NCBI GenBank assembly: GCA_041483195.1
Contig: JBGPFC010000004.1
Location: 64,001 to 128,000 of the forward strand
DNA from: Candidatus Eiseniibacteriota bacterium
GTDB taxonomy: Bacteria > Eisenbacteria > RBG-16-71-46
Reading direction: 5' to 3'
DNA: 64,000 nt
Part shown: positions 40,456-49,741 of the stretch, piece after piece
Position numbering within the stretch: the stretch's first letter is position 1
Layout: each line of letters begins with the position of its first letter
The notes under the pieces: model-generated
What the model saw: only the letters and a program-made list of their open reading frames with translations
Database searches by the model: none
What the model was told of the DNA's origin: nothing
Translations under genes and position numbers: made by a program

Positions 40456-40531
40456 ACTGTAGAGAGCCCTCGCGTCCGCGGCAAGGTCGCGGGTCCGGGC
40501 GTTGACCGTGTTTTCGCACGCGTGCTAGCGT
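40456..40531. promoter_or_regulatory. Back-to-back divergent sigma70-like promoters, both leaderless
   Basis: Minus: TTGCCG-N17-TACAGT-7 nt-ATG 40448. Plus: TTGACC-N18-TAGCGT-7 nt-ATG 40539. Confidence 0.6.
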
Positions 40532-40538
40532 GCGATGC

Positions 40539-41645
40539 ATGGCGGCCGGACCGATGACGAGCATCTCGACCAGGCTCGATCGCGTGCGCGAGGCGCTCGC
40601 GCGCGATGGCGCGGACTGGCTGCTGATTCCCGCGTCCGCCGATTTCCGCTGGCTCACCGGCGCGGTGTCGCGAAACACCGAACGGCTGATCGCGTTCGGT
40701 CTGCCCGCCTCCGGAGAGGCCTTCTGCGTCGTGCCGCGCCTCGAGGCGGAAGCACTCGCCCGCGCCAGCCCGTGGCTCGCGCTCGAGGTGTGGGAGGATC
40801 ACGAGGACGCCTTCGCGCGGCTCGCGGAGCGGATCGCGCTCGAGCGCAAGCCGCGCCTCCTGATCGGCGAAGGCATGCGGGTCGCCCCGTTGCTGAGGCT
40901 GGCCGCACACGCGGACTGCCGCCCCGCACAGCTGCTGCTCGCGCCGCTTCGCGCCAGCAAGGACGCCGGGGAGATCGCGGCGCTGTCCGAGGCCGCCGGC
41001 CATGCCGATCGCGTGGTCGAGGCCACCGCCGACTTCATGCGCGCGGGAATGAGGGAGCGCGAGGTCGCGCGCTTCGCGCTCGAGCGCTTCGAGTCGCTCG
41101 GCGATTCCGAGGGCTGGGCGATCGTGGCCTCCGGCCCGAACGGCGCGCTTCCCCATCACTTCACGTCGGAACGCAGGCTGCAGGAGGGCGACGTGGTGGT
41201 GCTCGACCTCGGCGCGTACACGCGGGGCTACGGGTCGGACATCACCCGCACCTACTGGCTCGGCTCGCCCCCCGACGACGCGCGGCGGGTCTACGACGTC
41301 GTGAACGCCGCGCGCGCGGCCGGGATCGCGGCGTCGCGCACCGGCGCCGCGCCCGGGCAGGTGGATCGCGCGGCGCGCGGCGTGATCGAGGCCGCCGGCC
41401 TCGGCGAGCGGTTCGTCCACCGCACCGGACACGGCGTCGGTCTCGAGGTGCACGAGCCCCCGTGGATCGTGGCGGGCAACGATGCCCCGCTCGCGCGCGG
41501 CATGGTGCACAGCGTGGAGCCCGGCATCTATCTGCCCGGGCGATTCGGGACGCGGCTCGAGGACCTAGTGGTGGTGGAAGACGGCGGCGCGGTTCGGTTG
41601 AACCAGGCGCCGTTCGACCCACGCCCGCCCCGGCTGCGGTCGTGA
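40539..41645 (+). CDS. Xaa-Pro peptidase (M24B)
   Basis: Creatinase_N-like start; ALPHH, DLG..GYGSDITRT, HRTGHGVGLEVHE, SVEPGIY, RLED. Start at 40539 or 40554. Confidence 0.93.
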   Translation: MAAGPMTSISTRLDRVREALARDGADWLLIPASADFRWLTGAVSRNTERLIAFGLPASGEAFCVVPRLEAEALARASPWLALEVWEDHEDAFARLAERIALERKPRLLIGEGMRVAPLLRLAAHADCRPAQLLLAPLRASKDAGEIAALSEAAGHADRVVEATADFMRAGMREREVARFALERFESLGDSEGWAIVASGPNGALPHHFTSERRLQEGDVVVLDLGAYTRGYGSDITRTYWLGSPPDDARRVYDVVNAARAAGIAASRTGAAPGQVDRAARGVIEAAGLGERFVHRTGHGVGLEVHEPPWIVAGNDAPLARGMVHSVEPGIYLPGRFGTRLEDLVVVEDGGAVRLNQAPFDPRPPRLRS

Positions 41646-44596
41646 GCGCTGCGCCGCTGCCCGCGCAGGTCTCGAGCGCCGACGAGATACTCAGCGGATT
41701 GAACGACGAGCAGCGGCTCGCCGTGACGCACGGCGACGGCCCGCTGCTGATCGTCGCGGGGGCGGGCACCGGGAAGACGCAGGTCATCACGCGGCGAATC
41801 GCGTGGCTGATCGCCAGCAAGCGGGCGCGTCCCGAGGAGATCCTCGCGCTCACGTTCACCGACAAGGCCGCAGCTGAGATGGAGGCGCGGGTGGACGTGA
41901 TGGTGCCGTACGGTTTCGTCGGCGCGACCATCTCGACCTTCCACGCCTTCTGCGACCGCTTCGTGCACGACCACGCGGTCGAGCTCGGCATGACCTCGCA
42001 GCTCAAGGTGGGCACGCGCGCCGACATGCTGGTCTTCATGCGAGAGCGGCTGTTCGAGCTCGGCCTGCGGCGTTACCTCCCGCTCGGCGAGCCGGACCGC
42101 CATCTCGACGCGCTGCTCTCGGTGTTCGACCGCGCGCGTGACGAGGACGTCTCGCCCGAGCAGTATCGCGACTTCGCCGAGGCGCTCGCCCGCGAGGCCG
42201 GAGACGACGCGGAGCGCCGCGACCGCGCCGAGGCCGAGCTCGAGAAGGCGCAGGCTTTCGCGGCGTACCAGCGCCTGCTGCTCGAGCACGGCCGCGTGGA
42301 CTTCGGATCCCAGATCGGGCTCGCGCTGCGGCTGCTGCGCGAGCGCGCCTACCTGAGGCGCGAGGCGCAGGATCGTTTCCGCTACGTGCTGGTCGACGAA
42401 TTCCAGGACACGAATCACGTCCAGTTCGAGATCATCCGGCTGCTCACCGGATCGCGCCGGAATCTCACGGTGGTGGGCGACGACGACCAGAGCATCTACC
42501 GGTTCCGCGGCGCCAAGGTCGAGAACCTGCTCGGATTCCTCGAAGCGTTTCCCGGAACCCGCGTGCTGCTGCTGCGCAACAACTATCGCTCCGGTCAGCG
42601 GATCCTCGACCTCGCGCATCGCATGGTGAAGTTCAACGACCCCGATCGCCTCGAGGCTCGAGACCCGGTTCGATTCGAGAAACGCCTGATCGCCGCGCGC
42701 GGCACCGAGGGCGAGGTGCTGGAGCTGGGCTTCCAGACCGGGAGCGACGAGGCCGAGGCGGTCGCCGGCGAGATCGCGGCGACCCTCGAATCCGGGGCGC
42801 GGGCCGCCCGCGAGATCGCGGTGCTCGCGCGCACGCACGCGGACCTCGACCCGGTCGCGCTCGCGCTCAAGGTGCGCGGCGTGCGCTTCCAGCGCGCGAA
42901 CCAGCGCGGCCTCTACCAGCGTCCCGAGGTCATGCTGTGCCTGAACCTGCTGCGGACGATCGCGGATCCGGACGACGGCCCGTCGGCGTACGGCGTGCTC
43001 GGCGACCCGCTGTTCGGGGTCGAGCCGCTCGACCTCGCGCGGCTCGCCGCGGCTTCGAGACGCACGCACCGCGGGCTGCTGGCCCTTTCGGCCGAAACCG
43101 CGGGCCGCGCGTCCGATGCGCTGTCTCAGGTCTCGCGCGAGGCCGTTCGCCGCTTCATCGATCTGCACCGCCGGCTCGCCGCGAGCGCGACCCGGCGCCC
43201 GACCTCGGAGGTGCTGTACGAGTTCGCGAGCGAGAGCGGGTTGCTCGCGCGGCTCTCCGCCGACGAGAGCGCGGAAGCCGCGGAGCGGGTGCAGAACCTC
43301 AACAAGCTGTTCGGCATCATCGGCCGGGTGGGGCCGCTGCTCAAGAGCGACCGCGTGCAGTATTTCATGGCGCACCTCGACCTGTTGATCGATGCCGGCG
43401 ACGACCCGCAGGCGGCGGTGGTCGAGACGGAAGAGGATGCCGTTCGCCTGCTCACCGCGCACAACGCGAAGGGTCTCGAGTTCGCGGTCGTCTACATGGT
43501 GCGGCTGGTCGAGGGCAGGTTTCCGTTGACGGCGCGATCCGCGCAGCTCGAGTTCCCGCCCGAGCTGCGCGGCGGCGGCGACCTTCGGGCCGAGTACGAG
43601 CGCGAGGAGCGCCGGCTCTTCTACGTGGGGATGACGCGCGCGCGCGACCGGCTGCTCCTCACCCACGCCGAGGACTACGGCGGGCGCCGCACGCGAAAGC
43701 TGAGCCGGTTCGTGGTGGACGCGCTCGCCATGCCCGCGCCCCCCAAGACCCGCAAGCAACCATCGGCGCTCGAGTCGATCGCGCGCTACGCGCCGGCGGC
43801 CGAGCCGGCGCCCGCCGCGATCCTGCCGCTCGGTGACGACCGGCCGCTCGAGCTCTCGCACGGGCAGATCGACGATTACCTGACCTGTCCGCTCAAGTAC
43901 CGATACGCGCACGTGGTGCAGGTCCCGCTCGGCAGCGATCCGCGCGTCATGTACGGCATCGCCGTGCATCACGCGATCCGCGTGTTTCACCAGCACCGCA
44001 TGAAGGGGCTGCCCATCACCGCCGACGACGTGATCGCGGCGTTCGACGGCGCGTGGTCGAGCGAGGGATTCTACTCACGCGAGCACGAGGAGCGCCGTCT
44101 CGAGGAGGGCCGGGCCGCGCTGCGCCGCTTCGTCGCGCGCGAGGAGGCATCGGGCCGCGTGCCGCTCGCGATCGAGCTCGAATTCAAGTTCAGCATCGAC
44201 CGCGACGTGCTGAGCGGCCGCTGGGATCGCATCGACGATGCCGGCGGCGAGATCACGCTGGTGGACTACAAGACCGCAGACGTCGATGGGGACGAGAAAG
44301 CGGAGGAGCGCGCGCGTCAGAGCCTGCGCGATGGCCAGCTGGGCCTCTACGCGCTGGCTTATGCGAGCACGCGGGGCGTCGTCCCGCGGCGCGTTCAGCT
44401 CAACTTCGTGGGCAGCGGCATCACCGGCGAGGCCGAGGTCGAGCAGGACCATCTCGATCGCGCGACCGAGCGCGTGAAGCAGGCGGCCGCGGGCATCCGC
44501 AGCGCGGCGTTTCCGCCGAAGCCCGACCAGCGCAACTGCGGATACTGTCCGTTCTCGCGCTTCTGCGTCCACAGCGCGGCGCGGGGCGGCGGGTGA
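41642..44596 (+). CDS. UvrD/PcrA-family helicase fused to a RecB-like PD-(D/E)XK nuclease (AdnA/B-like)
   Basis: AGAGTGKT, TFTDKAA, VDEFQDTN, GDDDQSIYRFRGA, NYRS, AHNAKGLEF, EERRLFYVGMTRARD; nuclease GRWDRID, VDYKT, QLGLY; Cys TCP...CGYCPFSRFC. Confidence 0.92.
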   Translation: MSAAPLPAQVSSADEILSGLNDEQRLAVTHGDGPLLIVAGAGTGKTQVITRRIAWLIASKRARPEEILALTFTDKAAAEMEARVDVMVPYGFVGATISTFHAFCDRFVHDHAVELGMTSQLKVGTRADMLVFMRERLFELGLRRYLPLGEPDRHLDALLSVFDRARDEDVSPEQYRDFAEALAREAGDDAERRDRAEAELEKAQAFAAYQRLLLEHGRVDFGSQIGLALRLLRERAYLRREAQDRFRYVLVDEFQDTNHVQFEIIRLLTGSRRNLTVVGDDDQSIYRFRGAKVENLLGFLEAFPGTRVLLLRNNYRSGQRILDLAHRMVKFNDPDRLEARDPVRFEKRLIAARGTEGEVLELGFQTGSDEAEAVAGEIAATLESGARAAREIAVLARTHADLDPVALALKVRGVRFQRANQRGLYQRPEVMLCLNLLRTIADPDDGPSAYGVLGDPLFGVEPLDLARLAAASRRTHRGLLALSAETAGRASDALSQVSREAVRRFIDLHRRLAASATRRPTSEVLYEFASESGLLARLSADESAEAAERVQNLNKLFGIIGRVGPLLKSDRVQYFMAHLDLLIDAGDDPQAAVVETEEDAVRLLTAHNAKGLEFAVVYMVRLVEGRFPLTARSAQLEFPPELRGGGDLRAEYEREERRLFYVGMTRARDRLLLTHAEDYGGRRTRKLSRFVVDALAMPAPPKTRKQPSALESIARYAPAAEPAPAAILPLGDDRPLELSHGQIDDYLTCPLKYRYAHVVQVPLGSDPRVMYGIAVHHAIRVFHQHRMKGLPITADDVIAAFDGAWSSEGFYSREHEERRLEEGRAALRRFVAREEASGRVPLAIELEFKFSIDRDVLSGRWDRIDDAGGEITLVDYKTADVDGDEKAEERARQSLRDGQLGLYALAYASTRGVVPRRVQLNFVGSGITGEAEVEQDHLDRATERVKQAAAGIRSAAFPPKPDQRNCGYCPFSRFCVHSAARGGG

Positions 44597-45399
44597 GCGC
44601 GGAAGACCCGCTCGAGCTTCGCGACGCCGCGATCGCGTTCGCGCGCGAGGCGGGCGCCGTGGTGCGCGCGGGATACGGTTCGATCCACGCGCCGGAGCGC
44701 AAGGGGCGCATCGACCTGGTCACCGAATACGATCGGCGTTCCGAGCGGCTGCTGCTCGATCGCATCGGCGCGCGATTCCCCGGCCACGCGGTGCTGGCCG
44801 AGGAATCCGGCACCCACGCCGGGTCCCGGGTGCGCTGGTTGATCGACCCGCTCGATGGCACCACGAACTTCGCGCATAACTATCCGTTCTTCGCGGTCTC
44901 GATCGGGGTGGAGGTCGAAGGCGAGCTGGCGGCCGGCGCGGTCTACGACCCGGTGCGCGACGAGATGTTCTCGGCGGCGCGCGGGGCGGGCGCCGCGTTG
45001 AACGGCGAGCCGATCCGGGTCTCGAAGATCCCGGAGATCGAAGCCGCGCTGCTCGTCACCGGCTTCCCGTACGACGTGCGCGAGCGCCCCGAGCGCGTGC
45101 TGCCGGCGTTCGAGGCGTTTCTCTCACGCGCCCAGGGCATCCGCCGCGACGGATCCGCCGCGCTCAATCTCTGTTACGTCGCGATGGGGCGGTTCGACGG
45201 ATTCTGGGAGGCCGCGCTCTCGCCATGGGATACCGCGGCGGGCACGCTGCTGGTGCGCGAGGCGGGTGGCCGCGTCACCGACTACGCGGGCGCCCGTTTC
45301 ACGCCAGGGCCCGGCTCGATCCTCGCGACCAACGACCGGATTCACGAGCCGATGATGGGCGTGCTGGCCGCCGCGCTGCGCGGCAGGCGCCCGGGATGA
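44593..45399 (+). CDS. suhB: Inositol monophosphatase
   Basis: DLVTEYD, LAEE, WLIDPLDGTTNFAH, RRDGSAAL, PWDTAAG. Confidence 0.93.
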   Translation: MSAEDPLELRDAAIAFAREAGAVVRAGYGSIHAPERKGRIDLVTEYDRRSERLLLDRIGARFPGHAVLAEESGTHAGSRVRWLIDPLDGTTNFAHNYPFFAVSIGVEVEGELAAGAVYDPVRDEMFSAARGAGAALNGEPIRVSKIPEIEAALLVTGFPYDVRERPERVLPAFEAFLSRAQGIRRDGSAALNLCYVAMGRFDGFWEAALSPWDTAAGTLLVREAGGRVTDYAGARFTPGPGSILATNDRIHEPMMGVLAAALRGRRPG

Positions 45400-45420
45400 A
45401 CGGCGCCCGGCGCGCGCGAC

Positions 45421-45819
45421 TCAGGCCGCGGCGCGGCCGGACTGAATGCGGAGCTTGTCGCGAATGAGCCGGACCAGGTCCGACATCTCGTAGGGCTTGC
45501 TCACGAAAGCGTCGGCGCCCATGTCGAGCGCGAGCTTGCGGTCGGGTTCCCCCGAGCGCGCGCTGAGCACGACGATCGGCATGTTGCGATAGCGCTCGTC
45601 GTACTTGAGCGCGCGGCACACCTTGTAGCCGTCGAGCTTCGGCAGCATCAGGTCGAGCACCATGAGATCGGGCTTGTCGCGCTGCGCGCGCCGCAGCCCC
45701 TCCTCGCCGTCGGCGGCGTCGATCACCGTGAAGCCCTCGATCTCGAGGCCGATGCGAAGCACGGAGACGAGATCGGACTCGTCGTCAACGATCAGAATGC
45801 GGGGCTTGCTCTCGGACAT
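45421..45819 (-). CDS. Stand-alone response regulator receiver protein
   Basis: ILIVDDE, LDLMLPKLDG, LSA, KP; no output domain. Confidence 0.92.
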   Translation of the reverse strand: MSESKPRILIVDDESDLVSVLRIGLEIEGFTVIDAADGEEGLRRAQRDKPDLMVLDLMLPKLDGYKVCRALKYDERYRNMPIVVLSARSGEPDRKLALDMGADAFVSKPYEMSDLVRLIRDKLRIQSGRAAA

Positions 45820-45856
45820 CGTGTCCCTCGGCGTGGGGCGTAATCCCTCGCGCCGG

Positions 45857-47821
45857 TTATCGGTCTGGCGCGCCGCGTTCTAGAGCGTTTTTTGGAGTCG
45901 CGGGCGTACCCTCGCGCGTGAATTCCACGCTGCCGGTGGCGTCGCCTCCCGCGATCAGATCGCGAACCCGGATTTCGAGCCGGTAGCGTCCCGCGGGGAG
46001 CGCCTCGATCGGGACGCTCACGAACTGGCGGCGCAGCGCGCCCTCCTGCTCCTCGGCACGGGAGGCCGAGATCAGGGGAAGTCGCCGCGGTCGCGGCTGC
46101 AGCGCGCGCTGGATCCAGACCCGCCGGTCGCGCTCCGCGGTGCTCACGGTGTACACGTACTCGAAGTGCGCGCGCCCGTCGGGACCCGCGGCCAGGTGAT
46201 AGATCTCGAAGTAGGCCGTGAGCGGATCGCTCCCGCTCACGCGCGCCGCCGGATTGGGCTCGAGCCGCACGGCCGGCGCGCCCGAGGCCAGGCTGCCCGG
46301 GAACGGCAGTCCGCAGGAGACGACGACGTCGCTGAGGCCGAGCGCCGAGTCGGATCGCGCGAGATCGGCGGATGCGCGGAACAGCCCGCGCCGCCCCTCG
46401 CGATCGCGCACGGTGAGCCCGACGACGTAGTGCCCGGGGGGAAGCTCGGCCGCGAAGTCTCCCACCTGGGCTTCCGCGGGATCGCACGCCGACGGGATGA
46501 GCACGCGCGCGGCGCGTGCGACCTCCGCGCGCGCCGAGTCGAGCACCACCCACTCCGCGCTGAGGCTGTCGCCCGGATCGCCCGCCGCCTCGAGCTGCGC
46601 GAGCAGTCGCGGTCCGCCCTCTCCCTCGAAGCGGGCCAGCGCCCCGTCGATCGGCCGGGGCTTCACCCCGGGCGGCAGCATGGGAAACACGCCGCGCCCC
46701 CCCGCGGTCGCGATCGCGTCGCCGCGGCTCGCGAGCGAGTCCGGGTCGGGCGCCGGATCGGGATCTTCGTACAGGTCGATCGGGAGCTGGAAGTATTCGG
46801 AGAGCAGGCGATCTTGAAGCGCGACCCGCATGCCGAGCGTCGGCCATTCCCACAGCAGGATGTTCGCGGGGAACGCGCGGCCGAATGGCGACGTCACGTA
46901 GAGCTTCTCCCCGACCGGGTTGTAGTCGGCGGTCTCGGGCGCGCCGTAGCGCACGTAGAGTTCCCCCCGCTCGTCCCATGCGCGCCGCTTCGGGTCGAAG
47001 TAGAGGAAGTAGGCATGGCTCACGCGCGACCAGTACTCGAGCAGCGCCTCGTTCTCAGGGGTCGCGAGGTCGGGATCGTGCTCCTTCCAGAATTGCCGCA
47101 CGAACTTCGCCTGCTGGGCCTGCGAGAGCCGGTGGAGCACGAACGTGTCGCGCGCGGTCGCGACCGGAGCGATGTCGTCGAACAGCTCGCGCACCGAGCG
47201 CCGCAGCCGCGGGACCGCGACCGCGAACAGGCTGTCCGCGCGCGCGACCCGCCCGAGCCGGTACGCGGTGTAGGCCTCCTCGATCAGCGCCTCGGGGCGC
47301 GACGGATCGGCCTCGGCCGCGCGGGCCGCCGCCGCCGCCGCGGCTTCGAGCTTCTTCTGCTCCACCAGCAGCGGGACGATCGTCAGCCACGCATCGATCC
47401 GATCGGGATCGAGCCGCGCCGCGATCGAGAGCTGATCGACCGCCCGCGCGAGGGAGGTCTGGTCCAGGTACTTGAGCCAGTCGCGGCGCCACACCTGCGC
47501 GAGGCCGATGCGCGCCTGCGCGTCGGAGGGCTCGAGCCGCGCGACGCGCTCGAACCGTTCCCGGGCCAGGCGCAGGAATCCGGCCTCGTAATAGATGCGG
47601 GCGAGCGTGATCTCGTAGGTGGCGCTCCCCGGGGCCAGCCGAGTCGCCTCCTCGAGCGCTTCGATGGCGAAGCGACGGTCGTCGATCGTGTTGCGCCGCA
47701 GGTGCGCGAGCGCGCGATCGAACAACACCTGCGCTCGAGGCGGGGCCGCGCCCGGCGCGGCCGGCGCCGAGGCCGGCGCGAGCAGCAACAGCACGGCGAG
47801 CAGCGAAGTGGATAAGCGCAA
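45857..47821 (-). CDS. TPR + GWxTD-domain secreted protein
   Basis: FWKEHDPDLATPENE...R..AY...AWDERGELYVRYGAP core and Ig-like PG.Y domains. The track start (TTG 47881) coincides with a -35 box, so TTG 47821 after GGAGG, which gives a clean signal peptide, is preferred. Confidence 0.85.
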   Translation of the reverse strand: MRLSTSLLAVLLLLAPASAPAAPGAAPPRAQVLFDRALAHLRRNTIDDRRFAIEALEEATRLAPGSATYEITLARIYYEAGFLRLARERFERVARLEPSDAQARIGLAQVWRRDWLKYLDQTSLARAVDQLSIAARLDPDRIDAWLTIVPLLVEQKKLEAAAAAAARAAEADPSRPEALIEEAYTAYRLGRVARADSLFAVAVPRLRRSVRELFDDIAPVATARDTFVLHRLSQAQQAKFVRQFWKEHDPDLATPENEALLEYWSRVSHAYFLYFDPKRRAWDERGELYVRYGAPETADYNPVGEKLYVTSPFGRAFPANILLWEWPTLGMRVALQDRLLSEYFQLPIDLYEDPDPAPDPDSLASRGDAIATAGGRGVFPMLPPGVKPRPIDGALARFEGEGGPRLLAQLEAAGDPGDSLSAEWVVLDSARAEVARAARVLIPSACDPAEAQVGDFAAELPPGHYVVGLTVRDREGRRGLFRASADLARSDSALGLSDVVVSCGLPFPGSLASGAPAVRLEPNPAARVSGSDPLTAYFEIYHLAAGPDGRAHFEYVYTVSTAERDRRVWIQRALQPRPRRLPLISASRAEEQEGALRRQFVSVPIEALPAGRYRLEIRVRDLIAGGDATGSVEFTREGTPATPKNALERGAPDR

Positions 47822-47851
47822 GTGTTCTCGGGCCTCCGTTCGGGCGGCGGA

Positions 47852-47881
47852 AGTATGGCGGCGACCGGGAGAGCCGGTCAA
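47852..47881 (-). promoter_or_regulatory. sigma70-like promoter of the GWxTD gene
   Basis: TTGACC-N18-CATACT. Confidence 0.55.
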
Positions 47882-47927
47882 CGTGACGGTGCCGCGCGCC
47901 GATGCCGAGCCCGCCGCCGCGCGGCGC

Positions 47928-47988
47928 TTGACGGGGCGGGTTCGGCTCGGACAATATGCCGACGCATGAACACTTCCTCAAGTATTCA
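47928..47988 (+). promoter_or_regulatory. Promoter plus ArsR/SmtB-type operator palindrome
   Basis: TTGACG 47928 with -10 GACAAT/CAATAT at about 47950-47957. Inverted repeat TGAACACTT-cctc-AAGTATTCA (8/9 match) at 47967-47988, just before the arsR start. Confidence 0.65.
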
Positions 47989-47999
47989 ATCTCGCTGAC

Positions 48000-48452
48000 G
48001 TGTCAGCGCACGCCACCCTCACGCGCGCCCGCGCGCCCGCGCGCCGCGCGCACCGCGCGGAGCCGCGGCCGGAGCCCGCTGGCGTCCGCGCCCAGCGCGT
48101 GCGACGCGCTCTCGAGGACCACGCTCTGGTCGAGCGCCTGTCGCGCACGTTTCGGGCGCTGGGCGATCCGACGCGCAGCAAGCTGGTGTTCGCGCTCTCG
48201 CTCGCGGAGCTGTGCGTGAGCGATCTCGCGCACGCGCTCGGCGCCTCGCTGTCTGCCACCTCGCACCAGCTTCGAATCCTGAGAGACCTCGACATCGTGC
48301 ACGTGAGACGCGAGGGCAAGAGCCAGCTGTACACGCTCAACGAGAAGGCGTTCGGATTCTGCGCGCCGCGGGTGTGCCGCGCGTGGAAGCAGACCCTCGA
48401 AGGCGACGCCGAGCGCGGCGAGGCGCTGGTGCGCTTAGGCCCCCGCCGCTAG
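48000..48452 (+). CDS. ArsR/SmtB family metalloregulator
   Basis: FRALGDPTR, ELCVSDLA, SATSHQLRILR, RREGK..Y; extra C-terminal FCAPRVC. Confidence 0.92.
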   Translation: MSAHATLTRARAPARRAHRAEPRPEPAGVRAQRVRRALEDHALVERLSRTFRALGDPTRSKLVFALSLAELCVSDLAHALGASLSATSHQLRILRDLDIVHVRREGKSQLYTLNEKAFGFCAPRVCRAWKQTLEGDAERGEALVRLGPRR

Positions 48453-48468
48453 CGGGAGACGCACGCCC

Positions 48469-49737
48469 ATGTTCGAAGCCCTGGTCATCACGTTGCGGGA
48501 AGGCGTCGAGGCGGCGCTGGTGCTCGCCCTCGCGCTCGCGCTGCTCGAGCGGCGCGGACTCGGCGTCCTGCGCGGCGCCCTGTTCGCGGGCGCCGGCGTC
48601 GCGCTCGCGGCGTCGGCCGGCATCGCGCTGCTCGCGACCCGCATCACCTGGAACGCCGAGCTGGCCGAGGGTTTCGCGATGCTGGCGGGCGCCGTGCTGG
48701 TGCTCACGCTGGTCGCGTGGATGTGGCGGGCGGCGCCGCGCATGAAGGAGGAGATCGAGGGCGGGATCACGCGCGCGACCGGCGGCGCCCGCGGTGGCGC
48801 GGCCGGCGTGTTCCTGTTCGCGTTCGGCATGGTGCTGCGCGAGGGCGTCGAGACCGCGCTGTTCCTGTCCGCCGCGAGCTTCAACAGCCAGGGCCTCGCG
48901 CTGTGGCTCGGGGCCGCGATCGGTCTCGCGCTCGCCGCGTGCTTCGGCGTCCTGTTCGTGCGCGGCACGCTGCGCGTTCCGCTCAAGCCGTTCTTCTCGC
49001 TCACTTCCGCGGTGCTGCTCCTGATCGCGGCCCAGCTCCTGGTCGGCGGGCTGCACGAGCTGTCCGAGGCGGAGCTGCTGCCATCGAGTCGCGCGGAGAT
49101 GGCGCTGATCGGCCCGCTCGTCAAGAACGAGCTGCTGCTGTTCACCCTCACGGTCGCGCTCGCGGCGGGCTGGCTGCTGTTCGGGCCGATGCGCCGCGCG
49201 GCGTCCACCGGCGCGGCATCCGGAGAGGCGGCGAGCGGCCCCGAGGCCCGGCTGCGGCGCGCCGCGGCGGCCCGCGACGCCGCGCGGCGCCGCTGGACCG
49301 GACTGCTCGCGATCATCGTCGTGGCCTTCCTCGCGACAGCGTTCGCGCAGAGCGCCCGCGTTCCCGATCGCCCTCCCGCGACGCCGCTCGCGGTGGAGGC
49401 GGGCGAAGTGCGCATCGATCCCGCGCCGCTCGACGATCGTCACGCGCACTTCTTCGAGGTCTCGCTCGACGGCGCGACCACCCGGATCTTCGCGATCTCG
49501 GTGGGCGGCGAGCTGCGCACCTGCTTCGACGCATGCGAGATCTGCGGCGACCGCGGATACTTCGAGTCGGGCGGCTCGATGCTGTGCCGCAACTGCTCGT
49601 CTCCGATCGCGCTGTCCACCATCGGCCGCGGCGGCGGCTGCAATCCGATTCCGATTCCGCATCGCATCGAAGCCGGCCGGCTCACGATCTCGGAAGCCGA
49701 CCTGCGCGCCGGACTGCCGCGGCTCAAGGGGCGCTGA
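48469..49737 (+). CDS. FTR1-type iron permease fused to DUF2318 (FetA-like Cys-rich) domain
   Basis: Two REGVE motifs, GLHEL; C-terminal CFDACEIC...CRNC...GGCNPIP. Confidence 0.9.
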   Translation: MFEALVITLREGVEAALVLALALALLERRGLGVLRGALFAGAGVALAASAGIALLATRITWNAELAEGFAMLAGAVLVLTLVAWMWRAAPRMKEEIEGGITRATGGARGGAAGVFLFAFGMVLREGVETALFLSAASFNSQGLALWLGAAIGLALAACFGVLFVRGTLRVPLKPFFSLTSAVLLLIAAQLLVGGLHELSEAELLPSSRAEMALIGPLVKNELLLFTLTVALAAGWLLFGPMRRAASTGAASGEAASGPEARLRRAAAARDAARRRWTGLLAIIVVAFLATAFAQSARVPDRPPATPLAVEAGEVRIDPAPLDDRHAHFFEVSLDGATTRIFAISVGGELRTCFDACEICGDRGYFESGGSMLCRNCSSPIALSTIGRGGGCNPIPIPHRIEAGRLTISEADLRAGLPRLKGR

Positions 49738-49741
49738 GACC

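Noticed and set aside
40535..41641. Apparent 370-aa N-terminal extension of the helicase, and similar extensions on many track ORFs (e.g. 38901-41510, 16047-18509, 13180-14772)
   Set aside because: They overlap real neighbouring genes in another frame; true starts are marked by stop-start overlaps, RBS or promoters.
43846..44596. Cas4-like nuclease suggesting a CRISPR or defence system
   Set aside because: Fused to a UvrD helicase among housekeeping genes; no array, cas or restriction genes nearby.
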